Shown one piece after another: positions 1-11,000 of a stretch of DNA of 64,000 nucleotides. Position numbers and translations under genes: made by a program. The stretch is from contig CAXXLF010000002.1 in assembly GCA_963664015.2 (NCBI GenBank), forward strand, positions 1,184,001-1,248,000, given 5' to 3'. A model generated the notes under the pieces. It ran no database searches. It worked only from the letters and a program-made list of their open reading frames with translations, and had not been told where the DNA came from. Each line of letters begins with the position of its first letter. Position 1 is the first letter of the stretch. The stretch is from Candidatus Binatia bacterium (GTDB lineage: Bacteria; Desulfobacterota; Binatia; UBA9968; CAXXLF01).

Positions 1-749
1 CAACGATAAGGTCGATGCCCGTGGCGGCCTCCAGGGCCCGGATATTCCTTCCCTCGCGGCCAATGATCCTTCCCTTCATGTCATCACTGGGTAGGTGTAC
101 CGCTGAGACCGTCCGTTCGGTCACGGAAATCCCCCGCCAGTCTTTCGATGGCCAGGGTCGCAATCTTTTTAGCCTTCTGATCGGCCTCTTCCTTGGCCTG
201 TTCTTCGATCAAACGAATTCGTTTGGCTGCTTCATGCCGGGCCTCTTCTAACATCTCATCCACTAAACTCTTCTTGGCCTCATCCCGACTCATCTCCGCA
301 ACTTGCTCCAACTGGACCCTCGCCTGATCAATCTGCCGGCGATACTCGGCTTCCTGCACCGAAAGCGCCTTTTCCTTCTCCCGGAACGACTCCTCCCGCT
401 TGCCCATATCCTCATCGCGGCGTTCCAGAGCGTTAGCCCGTTTATCCAGGCTATCCTCCCGATTCCCCTGCCTCTTCTCCAGAGCCTGCAACTCCTTACG
501 GGTCTCGCGCACTTCCTTTTCGAAGTCGACCCTGGCCTGCAAAATGCCGTCCTTGGCCTGGATCTCTCCTTCTCTCTTGGTGGCCGACGCTTCTTTCTTC
601 GCCTCTTCAATGATACGAGCAGCCGCACCCTTGGACATTTCAAACTGCGCCTGAGCTTGCCGCTTGCGAATCCACGCAAAAATTACAACAAGCAGGCCAC
701 CCGCTAACAAACCACCAAGACCAAATATAAGATTCATATTTTCCAACAT
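1..749 (-). CDS. rny: Ribonuclease Y (N-terminal part, runs off the left edge); one extra base near 125 shifts the frame
   Basis: N-terminal TM helix plus coiled coil. Removing one base at ~125 gives [42 protein letters not shown], the RNase Y KH-domain motif. Conserved zapA-6S-ygfA-rny context. Confidence 0.93.
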
Positions 750-795
750 GACCCACCTCCCTTCTCCCTAAGGGAAGAAAATAATACCGGTCCGC

Positions 796-1390
796 TCAAT
801 TGGAAACCGGCTTGATGCAACAAATAATTCTCTCCTCGGTTATAATTTGATGAACCTTCTGGTCCCAATCCTCCACGGGCAGGGACTCCACGATCTGAAA
901 CTCAAAAGGCCAAGGCAACTCGCACCGGTGCCGTTCCTATTCTATCCAACGCGCGATCGTACCAACCTTTGCCCCGGCCCAGGCGATTTCCCACAAGATT
1001 GAACGCCAAGCCGGGTATGAACAAGATCAAATCGTCAGGATCCCGCTCGGTCAGCAATTCGTCGCCAAGGGGCTCTAGGATTCCGTTCCTTCGCATGCGC
1101 AGGTCGTCGCGTGAGTCTACACGCACCAGACCGGGGGACTCGCCCCCCACCCTCGGATAATAGACTTTCTGGCCGCTTTTTAAGGCGTGATCGCAAATTC
1201 CCGCCGTATCGACCTCATTGCCAAGGGGACTGTAGAGTGCCACAGCCCTGGCCCCAAGGTAGTCAGGAAGAGAAAGGACCCGTTCCTGGATGGCCCGATT
1301 CCAGCGGGTAACTTTATCGGCTGGAAAGGTCTCTCTCTGGAGCATGACCTGCTCTCTGAGGCTTTGTTTCTGATCCCTCATAGGACACAT
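796..1390 (-). CDS. ygfA: 5-formyltetrahydrofolate cyclo-ligase (apparent frameshift at ~905)
   Basis: Motif IPGLAFNLVGNRLGRGKGWYDR. Removing one base of the run at 904-907 continues as AFEFQIVESLPVEDWDQKVHQIITE to a stop at 796. Confidence 0.9.
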
Positions 1391-1705
1391 CCACAGGCGA
1401 GTCCTTAGAGGAGGGGATGGTGAGATAGCTATCTGTAGGGAGGAGACTGTCCCGAACGACTAGGATCTACTAACTGCTGGGCCCAACCACGTGCGCAAGA
1501 AACCGACCTTCGCCCCGTACCCTTCCGTAAAAGGTGGGAACTCTGCTAACGTCAGCTTCCCAACCGCTAAAAATCCCAGTACAAACTGTCAAACCGTTCA
1601 CGATCATTGCACCCAGTGTCTCAAGTCCATTCAGATTAAAGTGTTAAAAAACAGTGTTACCTATCCCGCCAATACGTCTATCTTCCACCCCACCCCTTGA
1701 TTTTA

Positions 1706-1889
1706 AATTCCCCCGCATCGTGCCGTGTCGATGAGCTAACTTGAACCTGGTAATCAGGTGGACGCCGTGTACCCGTATGAGCCTTCCCCGTTAACAGGGG
1801 GCATGGCCTCCGCGGGAAGGGACAGCTTCCGTTCTTTCTCTTCAATGGTTCTAAGTTGCATTCGTCGATCACAAACACAGCAGGGGAAA
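1706..1889 (-). ncRNA. ssrS: 6S RNA
   Basis: About 185 nt with complementary ends (TTCCCCTGC...GCGGGGGAA) and inner pairing TAGAACC/GGTTCAAG, in the canonical position between zapA and ygfA. Confidence 0.88.
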
Positions 1890-1900
1890 GTATCGCTTGC

Positions 1901-2179
1901 CTAACTCTCCTTGGTTAAAGTGATTGAAAGCTTCTCCGACCATCGGTCCAGTCGGGTCAGGACCTCTTCATATCGGTCCTTCAATCGGTAATACTCATCG
2001 GCAATATTCAATGCTGCCAGCATGGCAACATTGGCCTTAGTTACAGGTGGGTTGCCCTTGAGTACCTCTTTCATTTTGATATCAACGTAGCCAGCAACCT
2101 TGCGGACATAAACTTCCTCTTCCTCGCTACGAAGGACCAATTTCTGCCCTAAAATCTCGACATCAACCGGTTTCTTCAT
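1901..2179 (-). CDS. zapA: Cell division protein ZapA
   Basis: VDVEILGQ...VAMLAALNIADE motif; 92 aa. Confidence 0.92.
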   Translation of the reverse strand: MKKPVDVEILGQKLVLRSEEEEVYVRKVAGYVDIKMKEVLKGNPPVTKANVAMLAALNIADEYYRLKDRYEEVLTRLDRWSEKLSITLTKES

Positions 2180-2195
2180 AAGAGTTTCTCCACTT

Positions 2196-2408
2196 TCAAG
2201 GAAGATCCAGACGAGAGATATGCCCCAAGATCTTTACTAACCCTTGCCGGATCTCGTTTCTTTCACGCTCGCGCTGACGCAGTTGAACCTGAAACTCGTT
2301 CTCTTTCTGTTGAAGCTGCTTCTCTACCTGCTCCTTCTCTTTCCTAATTTGTTCATGACTTTCCAGTAGTTGCTCAATCTTAGCTTCTAATTGTTCAAGG
2401 CCTTCCAC
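2196..2408 (-). CDS. zapB: ZapB-like coiled-coil cell division protein
   Basis: 70-aa coiled coil (LEQLEAKIEQLL) directly upstream of zapA. Confidence 0.7.
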   Translation of the reverse strand: MEGLEQLEAKIEQLLESHEQIRKEKEQVEKQLQQKENEFQVQLRQRERERNEIRQGLVKILGHISRLDLP

Positions 2409-2503
2409 TTAAAGAGCTCGATATCCCTGTAATCTTAAACGCTTAGTCTAGTTTTAGCTTGATGCATTGTCAAGTCGTCTCTATCGGCCAAGTTTCGACG
2501 GGT

Positions 2504-3445
2504 TCAGGTGCCCTGTGTAAAGAGGGCGTCAACAAAACGGCCGGGATCGAATCGCTGCAAGTCGTCGACGGATTCCCCCACCCCGATGTATTCGAGCGGG
2601 ATCCGCAGCTCCTCATGGATACCCACAACCACGCCCCCTTTTGCCGTGCCGTCCAATTTTGTCAACACGATACCCGTCACCCCCAGGGATTCCTTAAAGG
2701 CTCTTGCCTGCTGGACCGCATTCTGACCCGTCGTGGCGTCCAGAACCAGCAGGGTTTCATGAGGGGCACCAGGAAGCTCCCTGTCAACGACACGCTGCAT
2801 CTTTTTCAGCTCCTCGACCAGGGGGGCCTTCGTATGGAGTCTCCCGGCGGTATCGATCAGGACTACATCGGCGTCTCGTTTTTGCGCGGCACGAATGGCG
2901 TCGAATGCTACTCCCGATGGATCCTGACCGTGTTGATGCTTGATCACTTCGGCCCCCACCCGGTTGCCCCAGATTTCCAACTGCTCAATGGCAGCTGCAC
3001 GAAAGGTATCCCCAGCGGCCAAGATGACCTTTCGCCCCTCCCGTCGGTGTTGCGCCGCCAGCTTACCAATAGTCGTTGTTTTTCCAACCCCATTCACCCC
3101 TACGAAAAGAACAACCCAGGGCCGAACTGAGTAACGCGGCCGCACCTCTTTGTCATTTCCTGAGTCGGTGAGGATCCCAACAATTTCCTCCCGTAAACAA
3201 GCGGTCAACCCTTCAGGATGGTCTTCCCACTGTCGCTTGGACCGCCGCTCGATAGCTTCAAGCAGTTTCTGCGTCGCTGCGACCCCCACATCGGCTGTGA
3301 TCAGTATCTCCTCCAAGCCCTCCATGACTTCTGTATTTGAAACCTTGCCTTGAAAGAGGGATCCCAGCTTTTGGGATAATCCCTTGCGGCTCTGCGCAAG
3401 TCCGCTTCTCAGTCGTTGGAAGAATCCCTGATTTTCTGCTGCCAT
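2504..3445 (-). CDS. ftsY: Signal recognition particle receptor FtsY
   Basis: GVNGVGKTTTIGK, DTFRAAA, DTAGR and TKLDGTAKGG motifs. Confidence 0.97.
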   Translation of the reverse strand: MAAENQGFFQRLRSGLAQSRKGLSQKLGSLFQGKVSNTEVMEGLEEILITADVGVAATQKLLEAIERRSKRQWEDHPEGLTACLREEIVGILTDSGNDKEVRPRYSVRPWVVLFVGVNGVGKTTTIGKLAAQHRREGRKVILAAGDTFRAAAIEQLEIWGNRVGAEVIKHQHGQDPSGVAFDAIRAAQKRDADVVLIDTAGRLHTKAPLVEELKKMQRVVDRELPGAPHETLLVLDATTGQNAVQQARAFKESLGVTGIVLTKLDGTAKGGVVVGIHEELRIPLEYIGVGESVDDLQRFDPGRFVDALFTQGT

Positions 3446-3546
3446 TGTAATTCATTAATGAAGGCTTCGGATATTACGCCTACTAGAGGCCCCGTACACT
3501 CATGGTAAACTTCAGCTCCAAGACCGACAGAACCCAGAAATAATCA

Positions 3547-6500
3547 TCATCTCATCTCCACGGAGACGACTGTTGAAACCCCCGGATCTGACATTGTGAT
3601 CCCATAGAGAACACCCGCCGCCTGCATGGTCCGCTTGTTGTGCGTAATGAGAACAAATTGGGAAGTTTGGCTCATCTCCTCCAGCATCCCGTTGAATCGC
3701 TCCACGTTGGCGTCATCCAGCGGGGCATCGACCTCGTCGAGGAAACAGAAGGGACTCGGTTTGGTCAGAAAGATACCGAAGAGCAGGCTGATTGCAGTCA
3801 GCGCCTTTTCCCCTCCCGAGAGAAGGGTAATGGACTGGAGTTTCTTGCCCGGCGGTTGGACGATGATGTCGACACCGGTGGTCAAATAATCATTCTCATC
3901 AGTCAATACAAGCCGGGCCTTCCCTCCTTGAAACAGGCGTGTGAAAATCTCCTGGAACCTCTGATTAATCTCGTCGAAACTCTCTTTAAACCGCATCCGA
4001 CAGAAACGGTTGAGCTTGGAGATCGTCCGCTGCAGATCAGCCGTGGACCTTTCCAAGTCCTCTTTTTGCTTGCTCAAAAACTCGAAACGGTCGCTGAGGT
4101 CTTCAAATTCACCTATGGCCGTCAGATTCACCTCGCCCATTCGTTCCAGTCGTCCGCGCAGGTCTTCGATCTCCTCGGGAAGACCTGCCGAATCGACCCC
4201 CTCAGGATAGTCAGCTTGAGGACTCTCGGCAATTTCCACTCCGTATTTCCCCCGAATACCGTCGACGAGATGCTGCAAGTTGAGCTTTTTCTCCGATAAA
4301 AAGAGCTTTAGGCGGTTCTTTTCATCCTGAGAGGTCGCCACAGCGGACCGGACTTCCTTGATGGACTCTTCCATCTCCGCTAATCGACGGGAAAGCTCTC
4401 GATAGGCCTGCCGCTCTGTCTCCAATTTCTGCTCTAGTCCCTCCAGCCTTTTCCTTCCCTCATCAAGGGTACCCTCGGTCCCTATGGCTTCCTCTTCGAT
4501 TCGATCGCGTTTAAGCCCCATCTCGGTTACCTGCGCACGGACGGATTGAATTTGTCTCGATAGTTCGTCCTTCAGGTTGACCCGGTTTTCCATGTTGAGA
4601 TGGGCATTTTCTTTTTTCTCACCCAAGGCAGCCGTCCGAACTCGGGAGTCGGTGACCTGAGATTCGACCCGTCGCAGCTCCTCCGCCAAAAGGCCGAGAT
4701 TGCTTTCCTGGTCATCCACTCTCTTTTCTTCGTCGGTGCGCGACCGCTGCTGGGTCTCTAGCTTGGAACCGGATTCACGAATCTTCTCTACGTAGGATTG
4801 AAGGCTGATCGATAGCTCCTCTTTCTGCTGTCCTATCCTTTGGTGGGCTTGGGCTAAACGCTCCAATTCCTGTCTCGACTGGCGGAATTCATGCTCCGAT
4901 TGAATTCGGTCGAGGTCGAGCCGATGGCCTTCTTCAACGAGCGAAACCTTCTTATCCTCAGCGGCCCGTAAATCCTCCTTGAGCCCCTTGACCTCTTGCT
5001 CCTTTTCCTGGACCCCACCTTCCAGATCGGCGAGTTGTATCTCAAATTCCTTCATGCGACGCCTTTGGGTAAGAAAATTATCCTGGAGGTTATCCACGCT
5101 CCCTCCACTGATGACTCCCATGGGATCAATGACCTCGCCCTCCGGTGTCACCAAGGTATTCACAAACCCATTCCTACCCCAGAGGCCCAGTCCCGATTTC
5201 AGGTCCCGGACGACGACCACGTCCCCTAAAAGATACTCGGCAACCTCGCTATACCCCTTTTTTACCGAGACGAGTCCCAACAGGGTCGAGACAACCTCAG
5301 GCTCCGTCGCCGTGGCGAGCTGCCGCTCTCTGTGCGATAACCGTTGGGGAATAAATGTTCCGCGCCCGGCGGATTCCCGCTTGAGATAGTCAATTGCTTC
5401 GAGGCCATCCTCATGGCTCTGCACGATGATGTACTGCAAGCGCTCCCCCAGAACCGCGGTCAACGCCTTTTCCATGGGCTCCGGCGCCTCGATAATATCC
5501 GCCACGAGTCCGTGTACCCCTCCGAAGGCCTCTTCCTCCTGCCGTCTGAACATGATGGCGCGCACGCCTTCCTGATAGCCGTCGAAGTTTTTTTGCAAGG
5601 CCTCCAAAGAAGCGAGTTTGGACCGGGCCTCCTGCCACTGTTGCTTGCGGCCTTCAAATTCCCCCTCGCCGACTTCCCGAAGCTGAGCTAACTCCCTGAC
5701 CTTGTCCCCGGCTGTATCGATTTCCGCCTTGATACCACTTGCCCGGTTATCGTAGTTCCTGAGAGCCTCGTATTTTTCCTGCCGCTTCTGTTTCCAGTTC
5801 TCCACGGATTGGTCGATCTCGGCCTGCTCTTCGGCGCCGCGGTTCAACTCCCTCTCGATCTCACTCCGTCGCCTCTCGTCGGCAAGCTGATCGTTTTTTA
5901 GCTGTGCCCCAAGGTTCAACACCTCGATAAGCCGGGTTTTTTCCTGATCTAGCTCGGACTGTACCCTATCGATCTGGCCTCTCACGTGTGCTAACTCATC
6001 TTCCTTTTCCTGTAGATAGGATCCTTCGAACAGGGAAAGCTGGACAAACTCGTCCCCGGCTTTTTTCAACTGATCGATCTCCAGGGAAAACTTTTCCAGC
6101 TTGGCCTCAAGCTCCTGAATCTCGATCTTGGCCCTGGCTTCCGCCTCCAGGAGTTCCTTGTGATCTCTTTTCAAAAATTGACTTCTTTGTTCATCGCTGT
6201 TGATCTGAACCTTACACTGGTAGGCGGCCTCCTGAAGGGCACTCACTTGCCCCTCTCCCTCCAATAGGGCCCTTTTGGTTTCTTCCGTTTCGGCTTCTTG
6301 GGAGCGTAAAGAGACAATAGATTGGACCGACCGGTCTTCCACCTCCGTCAGTTCCTTACCGTACCGCGAGATCTCCTCGGCCAGGTCCTTCTGCTGGTGG
6401 TGCGCCCAGGTGAGCTCTTTTCCCTTCAGCTCCTCCCTGATGGATCGGTACCGTTCCGCACGCTTGGCCTGGAGTTCCACACTACGGATCTGCCGCTCGA

Positions 6501-7101
6501 TTTCCCGAACGATATCGATCAGCCTGAGAAGATTTTGATGAGTGCGATCGAGCTTCCGTTCCGCAGCCAACTTTCGGCTCATGTATTTGCTGATGCCAGC
6601 GGCTTCCTCGATCAACGTCCGACACTCTTCGGGCTTCGCGTTTATCATTTCCGACACGCGACCCTGCTCCATGATGGAATAGGCCTTGTTCCCCACGCCT
6701 GTTCCAAGGAATAGGTCGATAATATCTTTGAGGCGACACTGAACCTTATTAATCGAGTATTCGGATTCACCGGACCGGAACAACCGCCGCGTAACAGCAA
6801 TCTCGCTAAAGTTGCTGTACTCGCCCGGGCCCCGGCCGTCCTCGTTGTCGAAGATCAACGAAACTTCGGCCATCCCGGTCGCAGGGTGAGTTTCATTGCC
6901 GTTGAAGATGACATCTTCCATAAGATGGCCCCGGAGATGGCGCGCGCTTTGCTCGCCCATCACCCAGCGCAAGGCATCGACGACGTTCGACTTACCACAG
7001 CCGTTGGGACCGACAATAGCGGTAATTTCCGGAATGAATTGGATTACAGTCCGGTTCACGAAGGATTTAAAACCCTGCAATTCTAGACGGCTGAGACGCA
7101 T
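3547..7101 (-). CDS. smc: Chromosome segregation protein SMC
   Basis: Walker A GPNGCGKSN, long coiled coils with hinge, LSGGEK signature and LDEVDAPLD; 1184 aa. Confidence 0.98.
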   Translation of the reverse strand: MRLSRLELQGFKSFVNRTVIQFIPEITAIVGPNGCGKSNVVDALRWVMGEQSARHLRGHLMEDVIFNGNETHPATGMAEVSLIFDNEDGRGPGEYSNFSEIAVTRRLFRSGESEYSINKVQCRLKDIIDLFLGTGVGNKAYSIMEQGRVSEMINAKPEECRTLIEEAAGISKYMSRKLAAERKLDRTHQNLLRLIDIVREIERQIRSVELQAKRAERYRSIREELKGKELTWAHHQQKDLAEEISRYGKELTEVEDRSVQSIVSLRSQEAETEETKRALLEGEGQVSALQEAAYQCKVQINSDEQRSQFLKRDHKELLEAEARAKIEIQELEAKLEKFSLEIDQLKKAGDEFVQLSLFEGSYLQEKEDELAHVRGQIDRVQSELDQEKTRLIEVLNLGAQLKNDQLADERRRSEIERELNRGAEEQAEIDQSVENWKQKRQEKYEALRNYDNRASGIKAEIDTAGDKVRELAQLREVGEGEFEGRKQQWQEARSKLASLEALQKNFDGYQEGVRAIMFRRQEEEAFGGVHGLVADIIEAPEPMEKALTAVLGERLQYIIVQSHEDGLEAIDYLKRESAGRGTFIPQRLSHRERQLATATEPEVVSTLLGLVSVKKGYSEVAEYLLGDVVVVRDLKSGLGLWGRNGFVNTLVTPEGEVIDPMGVISGGSVDNLQDNFLTQRRRMKEFEIQLADLEGGVQEKEQEVKGLKEDLRAAEDKKVSLVEEGHRLDLDRIQSEHEFRQSRQELERLAQAHQRIGQQKEELSISLQSYVEKIRESGSKLETQQRSRTDEEKRVDDQESNLGLLAEELRRVESQVTDSRVRTAALGEKKENAHLNMENRVNLKDELSRQIQSVRAQVTEMGLKRDRIEEEAIGTEGTLDEGRKRLEGLEQKLETERQAYRELSRRLAEMEESIKEVRSAVATSQDEKNRLKLFLSEKKLNLQHLVDGIRGKYGVEIAESPQADYPEGVDSAGLPEEIEDLRGRLERMGEVNLTAIGEFEDLSDRFEFLSKQKEDLERSTADLQRTISKLNRFCRMRFKESFDEINQRFQEIFTRLFQGGKARLVLTDENDYLTTGVDIIVQPPGKKLQSITLLSGGEKALTAISLLFGIFLTKPSPFCFLDEVDAPLDDANVERFNGMLEEMSQTSQFVLITHNKRTMQAAGVLYGITMSDPGVSTVVSVEMR

Positions 7102-7258
7102 CGGATTAGGTGTAGGGCCTCGAATGAGACATTCTGTTTTACGGAGTGAAAAGAGTCATTTTGACTATTTCACAAGCCAGGGGCGGGTGTCAAGAAAGAA
7201 TTACAAGATAGGGGGGGGTGTCACACTGGAACCACAATATATTGAATTTGCGGGACTG

Positions 7259-7891
7259 CTACTTCTCCAGGAGATCCGCATTCCAATAGGAGACTTCGAC
7301 CATATTTATAAAGGGTAGCCACTCCCGATATCGCGCCAGGCTGAAGGTCTGCTGCATAAAAGGGGTCCATTTGGGCTTAAAGGGCGGACGCAAGAGGGAC
7401 AGCTTGGCTTCCGCCGGAGTACGGCCCCCTTTTCGCCAGTTACAGTTTTGGCAAGAGCAGACCACATTCTCCCATGTGGATGTCCCGCCCCGCGAACGAG
7501 GTATCACGTGATCCAGGTTGAGTTCCTGCCGGGGAAATTTCTTACCACAGTACTGGCAAGTACAGTTGTCCCTCGCATAAATGTTAAAGCGACTGAAACG
7601 GACCTGCCGCCTAGGGATCCGATCATAGCTCACAAGTAGAATCACCCTTGGAACCCGTATGGCGTGGTTAATCAACCCGATAGATTCGTCATGAGCAGAT
7701 ACGGATAGGTCGTTCCAGCTTTCAAAATCAAAGGTTTGGTACTGTTCATTGACGGCCCGTGCAAGGCCCTGGTAGAGGAGAGCGAATGCCCGGCGCACCG
7801 ATGTGACATGAATGGGCAGGTAGGAACGATTCAACATCAATACCTTGGTATTGAGCAACGAGCTACCCTGGCCACTGTTCACAACCATCAT
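7259..7891 (-). CDS. HNH endonuclease (McrA-like family)
   Basis: RDNCTCQYCG...LDHVIPRSRGG..WENVVCSCQNCNWRKG. Confidence 0.9.
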   Translation of the reverse strand: MMVVNSGQGSSLLNTKVLMLNRSYLPIHVTSVRRAFALLYQGLARAVNEQYQTFDFESWNDLSVSAHDESIGLINHAIRVPRVILLVSYDRIPRRQVRFSRFNIYARDNCTCQYCGKKFPRQELNLDHVIPRSRGGTSTWENVVCSCQNCNWRKGGRTPAEAKLSLLRPPFKPKWTPFMQQTFSLARYREWLPFINMVEVSYWNADLLEK

Positions 7892-8132
7892 CAGAGCGTT
7901 CCTTTAAGCCATGATCTGGACATTGCGTCACGTGGGTTTGTCAGGATTCATAATGAAAATATCGGGTGCCCTTACCATTGTCAATACGGCCATCCCGGAC
8001 AACCTCTTGATATTCCCCCGGTTTTGGATTATTTTAAGAATGCGATTTTGGGTCTGGCTAAAAACCTGGCTGATAGATGTCCTCTAATTCTTCTTATCCA
8101 TCCGACCAATCCGGTCTGAGAACCCTCTGACG

Positions 8133-9641
8133 ATGAAAGAAATTTATATCAACTCCCTCCCTCAGGAAACCCGTATTGCCATCATAGAAGACGGCGCCCT
8201 TTCGGATATGATGATTGAAAGGAAGCGGGAAAAAGGGATTGTCGGCAATCTATACAAAGGTAAGGTGCTGCGAGTGCTTCCTGGAATTCAGGCCGCATTT
8301 GTCGACATCGGCATGGAAAAAGCCGGCTTTATCCATGTCTCCGATCTCTCCACCGGACCGGGCGATTTTTCCTCCCTGCTCCACGGCACGGACGATGAAA
8401 TCCTCTTTGAACGTACAAGCCGTCCCTCCCGTAGACGCCAGCCTATTGAACGTCAGATTGCTGTGGGGCAAGAAATTTTGGCCCAGGCGGCAAAGGAACC
8501 CCTTGGCACTAAAGGGGTTCGGCTCACCTGTCATATCTCGCTTCCCGGAAGACATCTCGTGTTCATGCCGAACATGAACCATCTCGGGGTCTCGCATCGG
8601 ATCGAGGACGAAAATGAGCGTAGGCGTCTCAGGGAAATCGTACAGTCTCTCGTGCACGAAGGGGGTGGATTTATCCTGAGAACCGCATGCGAGGGAAGAA
8701 GCAAACAGGAGATCCAGCGGGACTTTCAGTTTCTCACCAAACTATGGCAGCGCATTCAAAGCGACGCAGGATCGGCGTCGGCCCCCGCTTTAATCCACCA
8801 GGATCTGGACCTCATTACCCGGACCATCCGGGATTTCTTCAGCACCGAAACCCAGAAAGTCCTCGTGGATAACGTCAAGGAACACCGCCGGATCCTGGAA
8901 CTGGTGGGTCACTTCATGCCTCGTTTAAGACCACGAATCACCCTGTACACGGGGCCGGACCCCATCATGGATCAGTTCGGCATCGAGGAAAAAATCCAGA
9001 AGGCCTTGGAGCCCAAGATCTGGCTCAGCTCAGGAGGCCACCTTGTCATCGAGCGCACGGAAGCCCTCACCGCAATTGACGTCAACACGGGTAGGTACGT
9101 AGGCAAAAGAGATCAGGAAGAGACCATTCTGAAGACCAACATGGAGGCTGCCCGTGAAATTGTTAGGCAGCTACGCTTGAGAAATGTTGGGGGCATCATC
9201 ATCATCGACTTTATTGATATGGAAAAGGCCGCCAACAGGAAGAGGGTCTACGAGAACCTCAGAGAGGCAATTAAAAAGGATAAGGCCAGAATCAATATTC
9301 TACAGATCTCCGAACTGGGCCTGGTGGAAATGACCCGGCAAAGAACCCGTGAAAGCCTTGAAAACACCCTGTTGAGCCCATGCCCCCATTGCGAGGGGCG
9401 CGGTCGTATCAAGTCCGATGCAACCGTTGCCTACGAGATCCTTCGGGAGCTCAAGAAGTACCAGAGCCAGTTAACTAACGGCAAGCGGCTTATGGTACGG
9501 GTGAATCCGGGAATTGCCAACTTTCTATACGATGAGGCCAACGAGAGCCTCGACTATCTGGAGCGGGAGATCAACCACAAGATTATCATCAAGGCAACCA
9601 AGGGTTTGAACCATGGGGAGTACGAAATCTCCGTCAACTAG
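8133..9641 (+). CDS. rng: Ribonuclease G/E family
   Basis: S1 domain GNLYKGKVLRVLPGIQAAFVDIG, AIDVNTG, LRNVGGIIIIDFIDM and CPHC zinc link; 502 aa with no long C-terminal tail. Confidence 0.93.
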   Translation: MKEIYINSLPQETRIAIIEDGALSDMMIERKREKGIVGNLYKGKVLRVLPGIQAAFVDIGMEKAGFIHVSDLSTGPGDFSSLLHGTDDEILFERTSRPSRRRQPIERQIAVGQEILAQAAKEPLGTKGVRLTCHISLPGRHLVFMPNMNHLGVSHRIEDENERRRLREIVQSLVHEGGGFILRTACEGRSKQEIQRDFQFLTKLWQRIQSDAGSASAPALIHQDLDLITRTIRDFFSTETQKVLVDNVKEHRRILELVGHFMPRLRPRITLYTGPDPIMDQFGIEEKIQKALEPKIWLSSGGHLVIERTEALTAIDVNTGRYVGKRDQEETILKTNMEAAREIVRQLRLRNVGGIIIIDFIDMEKAANRKRVYENLREAIKKDKARINILQISELGLVEMTRQRTRESLENTLLSPCPHCEGRGRIKSDATVAYEILRELKKYQSQLTNGKRLMVRVNPGIANFLYDEANESLDYLEREINHKIIIKATKGLNHGEYEISVN

Positions 9642-9882
9642 TCAACTCAACTTGCAGGCGACTGAAAAAGCCGTATATGCTTTGTTGCCCTCAATCCCCT
9701 CGCCCATAAGGTCTTTTTGAGCACCCCGCAATTACAGATTTTCGGTAGCTTGCTACTCCCCTTTCGTGTTTTAATTCCCGCGACGTCCCGTTGCTAGCTA
9801 TTGATTATCCTTAATAGTTCTATTGATTCTTGCACCTGAGCGGCATAGAATGAATTAGCATTTCGTTAATAGGAGGACTCTC

Positions 9883-10599
9883 ATGGCACGACCTGAGGGA
9901 AAGGTTGATCCGTACAATTACGAGACATTCACTCGAACTCAAGGTGCTAGTAAATCGGCCGAGTTTAAGATCCGTCTCCGCGCTGGTGATGAGGCTCCTG
10001 ACTTCGAGCTAAGCACACTGGAATGGGGAAAGGTTCGTCTCTCTCAGTTCCGCGGCCAAAAACACGTCTTGCTGGAGTTTGGGAGCATTACCTGACCCCC
10101 CTTCGTGGGCGAGGTCTTGCCCCTCAACCAGCTTTACGAACGCTTTCGGGAACGTGGCTTCGAGTTCTTTACCGTGTATGTACGTGAACCCCACCCGGGA
10201 CAGAACTATGGGCCTCACGAGAGTTTGGAGCAAAAGCTCGAATATGCCCACGATTGCAAGACCCAGGACGGGATTCAAACCCCCATGCTTGTCGATGATC
10301 TGGACGGGACCATGCATCGCAATTACGGCACCATGCCCAACATGGTCTACCTTATCGATAAAGACGGGAATATCGCTTATAAGTCCATGTGGACGGACCA
10401 CAACGAGATCGAAAATGTCCTGGAGAACGTGGCCCATGCCGATGAGTTGAGGGCCCAGGGACTCCGTCTCAAGCCCTCCTACACCGAACGAATCAACTAC
10501 ATCCCCGCCGAATACTCGGGTGGCATCCGGGAAAAGGTCTTTGGACGCTCCGGGCAAAAGTCCTGGGACGATTACAAAAAGGCCTTCAACCCCAAGTGA
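9883..10599 (+). CDS. Deiodinase-like / peroxiredoxin-fold selenoprotein (TGA 10093-10095 read as Sec)
   Basis: ORFs 9883-10095 and 10105-10599 are in the same frame. Read-through gives LLEFGSIT-U-PPF...VYVREPHP, matching the deiodinase motifs FGSxTUPPF and YxxEAHP. A SECIS-like hairpin follows. Confidence 0.85.
10107..10122 (+). promoter_or_regulatory. Putative bacterial SECIS element
   Basis: GGGCGA-GGTC-TTGCCC hairpin 11 nt after the UGA; apical AGGUCU as in the E. coli fdhF SECIS. Confidence 0.75.
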
Positions 10600-10602
10600 T
10601 AA

Positions 10603-10620
10603 CGAGTCGCTAGCGACTCG
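10603..10620. terminator. Perfect 18-bp palindrome after the selenoprotein stop (possible terminator or operator)
   Basis: CGAGTCGCTAGCGACTCG; no clear U-tract. Confidence 0.4.
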
Positions 10621-11000
10621 ATTCATTGGAAGCCCGAATACCCTCTGATCTTTTCCGATCAGAGGGATCACACTCGGGGATAAGGCCTGATACCGCGAGA
10701 ATCCTGACGAAAGCAAATCTCCGCTCATTGCCCTGTCCCTCCACTATTTCCCCTATCACTTCGACCTCCCCGGCCAAATCCGGATACCTAAATAAGCAAC
10801 CGGAGAATATATCAAGGCAGAATCAATATCCTCGATTGGGGAGACCCTTGCCCAGGCTCCCCGAAGGGCAAGTTGATTAACTACGGGGACCATCCCATTG
10901 CAGCGAGCTGCGTCAGTTGACGAGGAGGGGCCTTTTATGAAAGAAGACGGCTTCGGTCACTGTTTGTCATCACAATGAAATGCCTTGGAGGATGAATCAA

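Noticed and set aside
1410-1700. Structured RNA between 6S and ygfA (hairpin GGTGGGAA...TTCCCAACC)
   Set aside because: One imperfect hairpin only; no family motif that I can recognise.
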